From Octopus sinensis (lineage: Eukaryota): 6,881 nt of DNA. A program made the translations under genes and the position numbers. The notes beneath the pieces are model-generated. The model was given only the letters and a program-made list of their open reading frames with translations, did not search any database and had not been told where the DNA came from. The DNA is taken from positions 1 through 6,881 of the forward strand of contig NW_021829201.1 of assembly GCF_006345805.1 (NCBI RefSeq), read 5' to 3'. Below, one piece after another: positions 6,147 to 6,881 of this stretch (its first letter is position 1; each line of letters starts with the position of its first letter).

Positions 6147-6881
6147 ATGTTGAATACGAAGCACATAGAGGTGATCACCACTGCTCTAAGGAAATGCAGG
6201 GCAATGACAGAAGTTAAAAGCAACCAGGAAAAGTCAGTGAACCTGCCGTTCAAAAACTTTGGGAAGCTGAACGGATGAACCAGTTAAATTGCTTGGAGTT
6301 TGGCTCGGTCCCGATATACAGATGGAGAAGATCTGGGGTGAGGTAATGAGCAGGATGACCAGTTTCACTCAGATATGGATCGAGGAAAAGCCATCCCCGA
6401 AAGATTGGGTTGAAGTTGAGATCGTCTATTCGCCTCCATCATCTTTTTTTGCCGCCTGACCGCCGTGCCTTCCTAAGTTCACGGTTGACCGTCTGTTCTC
6501 CAGTTTTCTTTTCTTTTTGATGAAGGATTGGATCCCACTATCAACAATTTGATGTATGGAGGATGGGACATACCGTGCTCGATGATGTACAGACGTGCAC
6601 TGACGCTACGAGATTTCCAGTAACTTCAGAAAAAGTAAAGTGTTGTTGTGTTTTATCAAAGACGTATTTTTTTTTTTTGCTTTGGCAGAACTGTAGTCCT
6701 GGCTCAAACAATGACCAGAACGGGGTATTTTATATCTGGAATGTCATCAAGCGCTCAAAAATCTCTAAATAGTCGAGTAATGTAGTTGGTGGAAGCTACT
6801 TGTTTGCTTTCTCTAAAGGAATAATGGCGAGTAAAATCGACGTCGATCTCGGGAACACTCTGCGCATCGATGAAATCAACA
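6147..6881 (+). mobile_element. Degraded L1/Tx1-type LINE ORF2 fragment (RT C-terminal half and downstream region), continuing off the window edge
   Basis: Successive frame-shifted blocks: HIEVITTALRKCRAMTEVKSNQEKSVNL (6162-6245; compare RT 'G.KIN.EKS'), PVKLLGVWLGPDIQMEKIWGEVMSRMTSFTQIW (from 6280; the 'K.LGV' motif), CRLTAVP (6450-6470), GGWDIPCSMMYRRALTLRDFQ (6558-6620; compare 'GGLG.P'), LECHQAL (6736-6756) and AFSKGIMASKIDVDLGNTLRIDE (from 6806). There are several stops and frameshifts, and no YADD motif is recognisable upstream. Confidence 0.8.

Noticed and set aside
5834-6253. 139-aa minus-strand ORF
   Set aside because: It is antisense to the LINE ORF2 remnant plus AT-rich flank, with low-complexity hydrophobic composition and no known motif.

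Overview
This is repeat-dense, AT-rich eukaryotic DNA with no supportable intact protein-coding gene. The two tRNA-derived SINEs and the microsatellite load resemble octopus (coleoid cephalopod) genomic DNA; that is recall and inference, not a search result. Roughly a fifth of the window is simple sequence repeat: (TATG)n, (CA)n/(TG)n, (TA)n, (AAAC)n and (AAC/AAT)n. These repeats account for most ORFs in the track. A nested cluster of decayed mobile elements spans about 2.89-5.10 kb. It starts with a mariner/Tc1 left end (TIR plus 27 codons, + strand) fused to an inverted mariner piece (- strand), giving a fold-back structure. Next come the 3' end of an RLE-endonuclease non-LTR retrotransposon (R4/Dong-like, +), a shared trinucleotide microsatellite and a tRNA-derived SINE (-). 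A second, tRNA-Arg-like SINE (+) has a recognisable 13-bp target-site duplication. The window ends in a degraded L1/Tx1-type LINE ORF2 fragment (+). I found no convincing new biological system. The best leads are the fold-back mariner, the tail-to-tail LINE/SINE pair and a possible recursive splice site or microexon on the minus strand.
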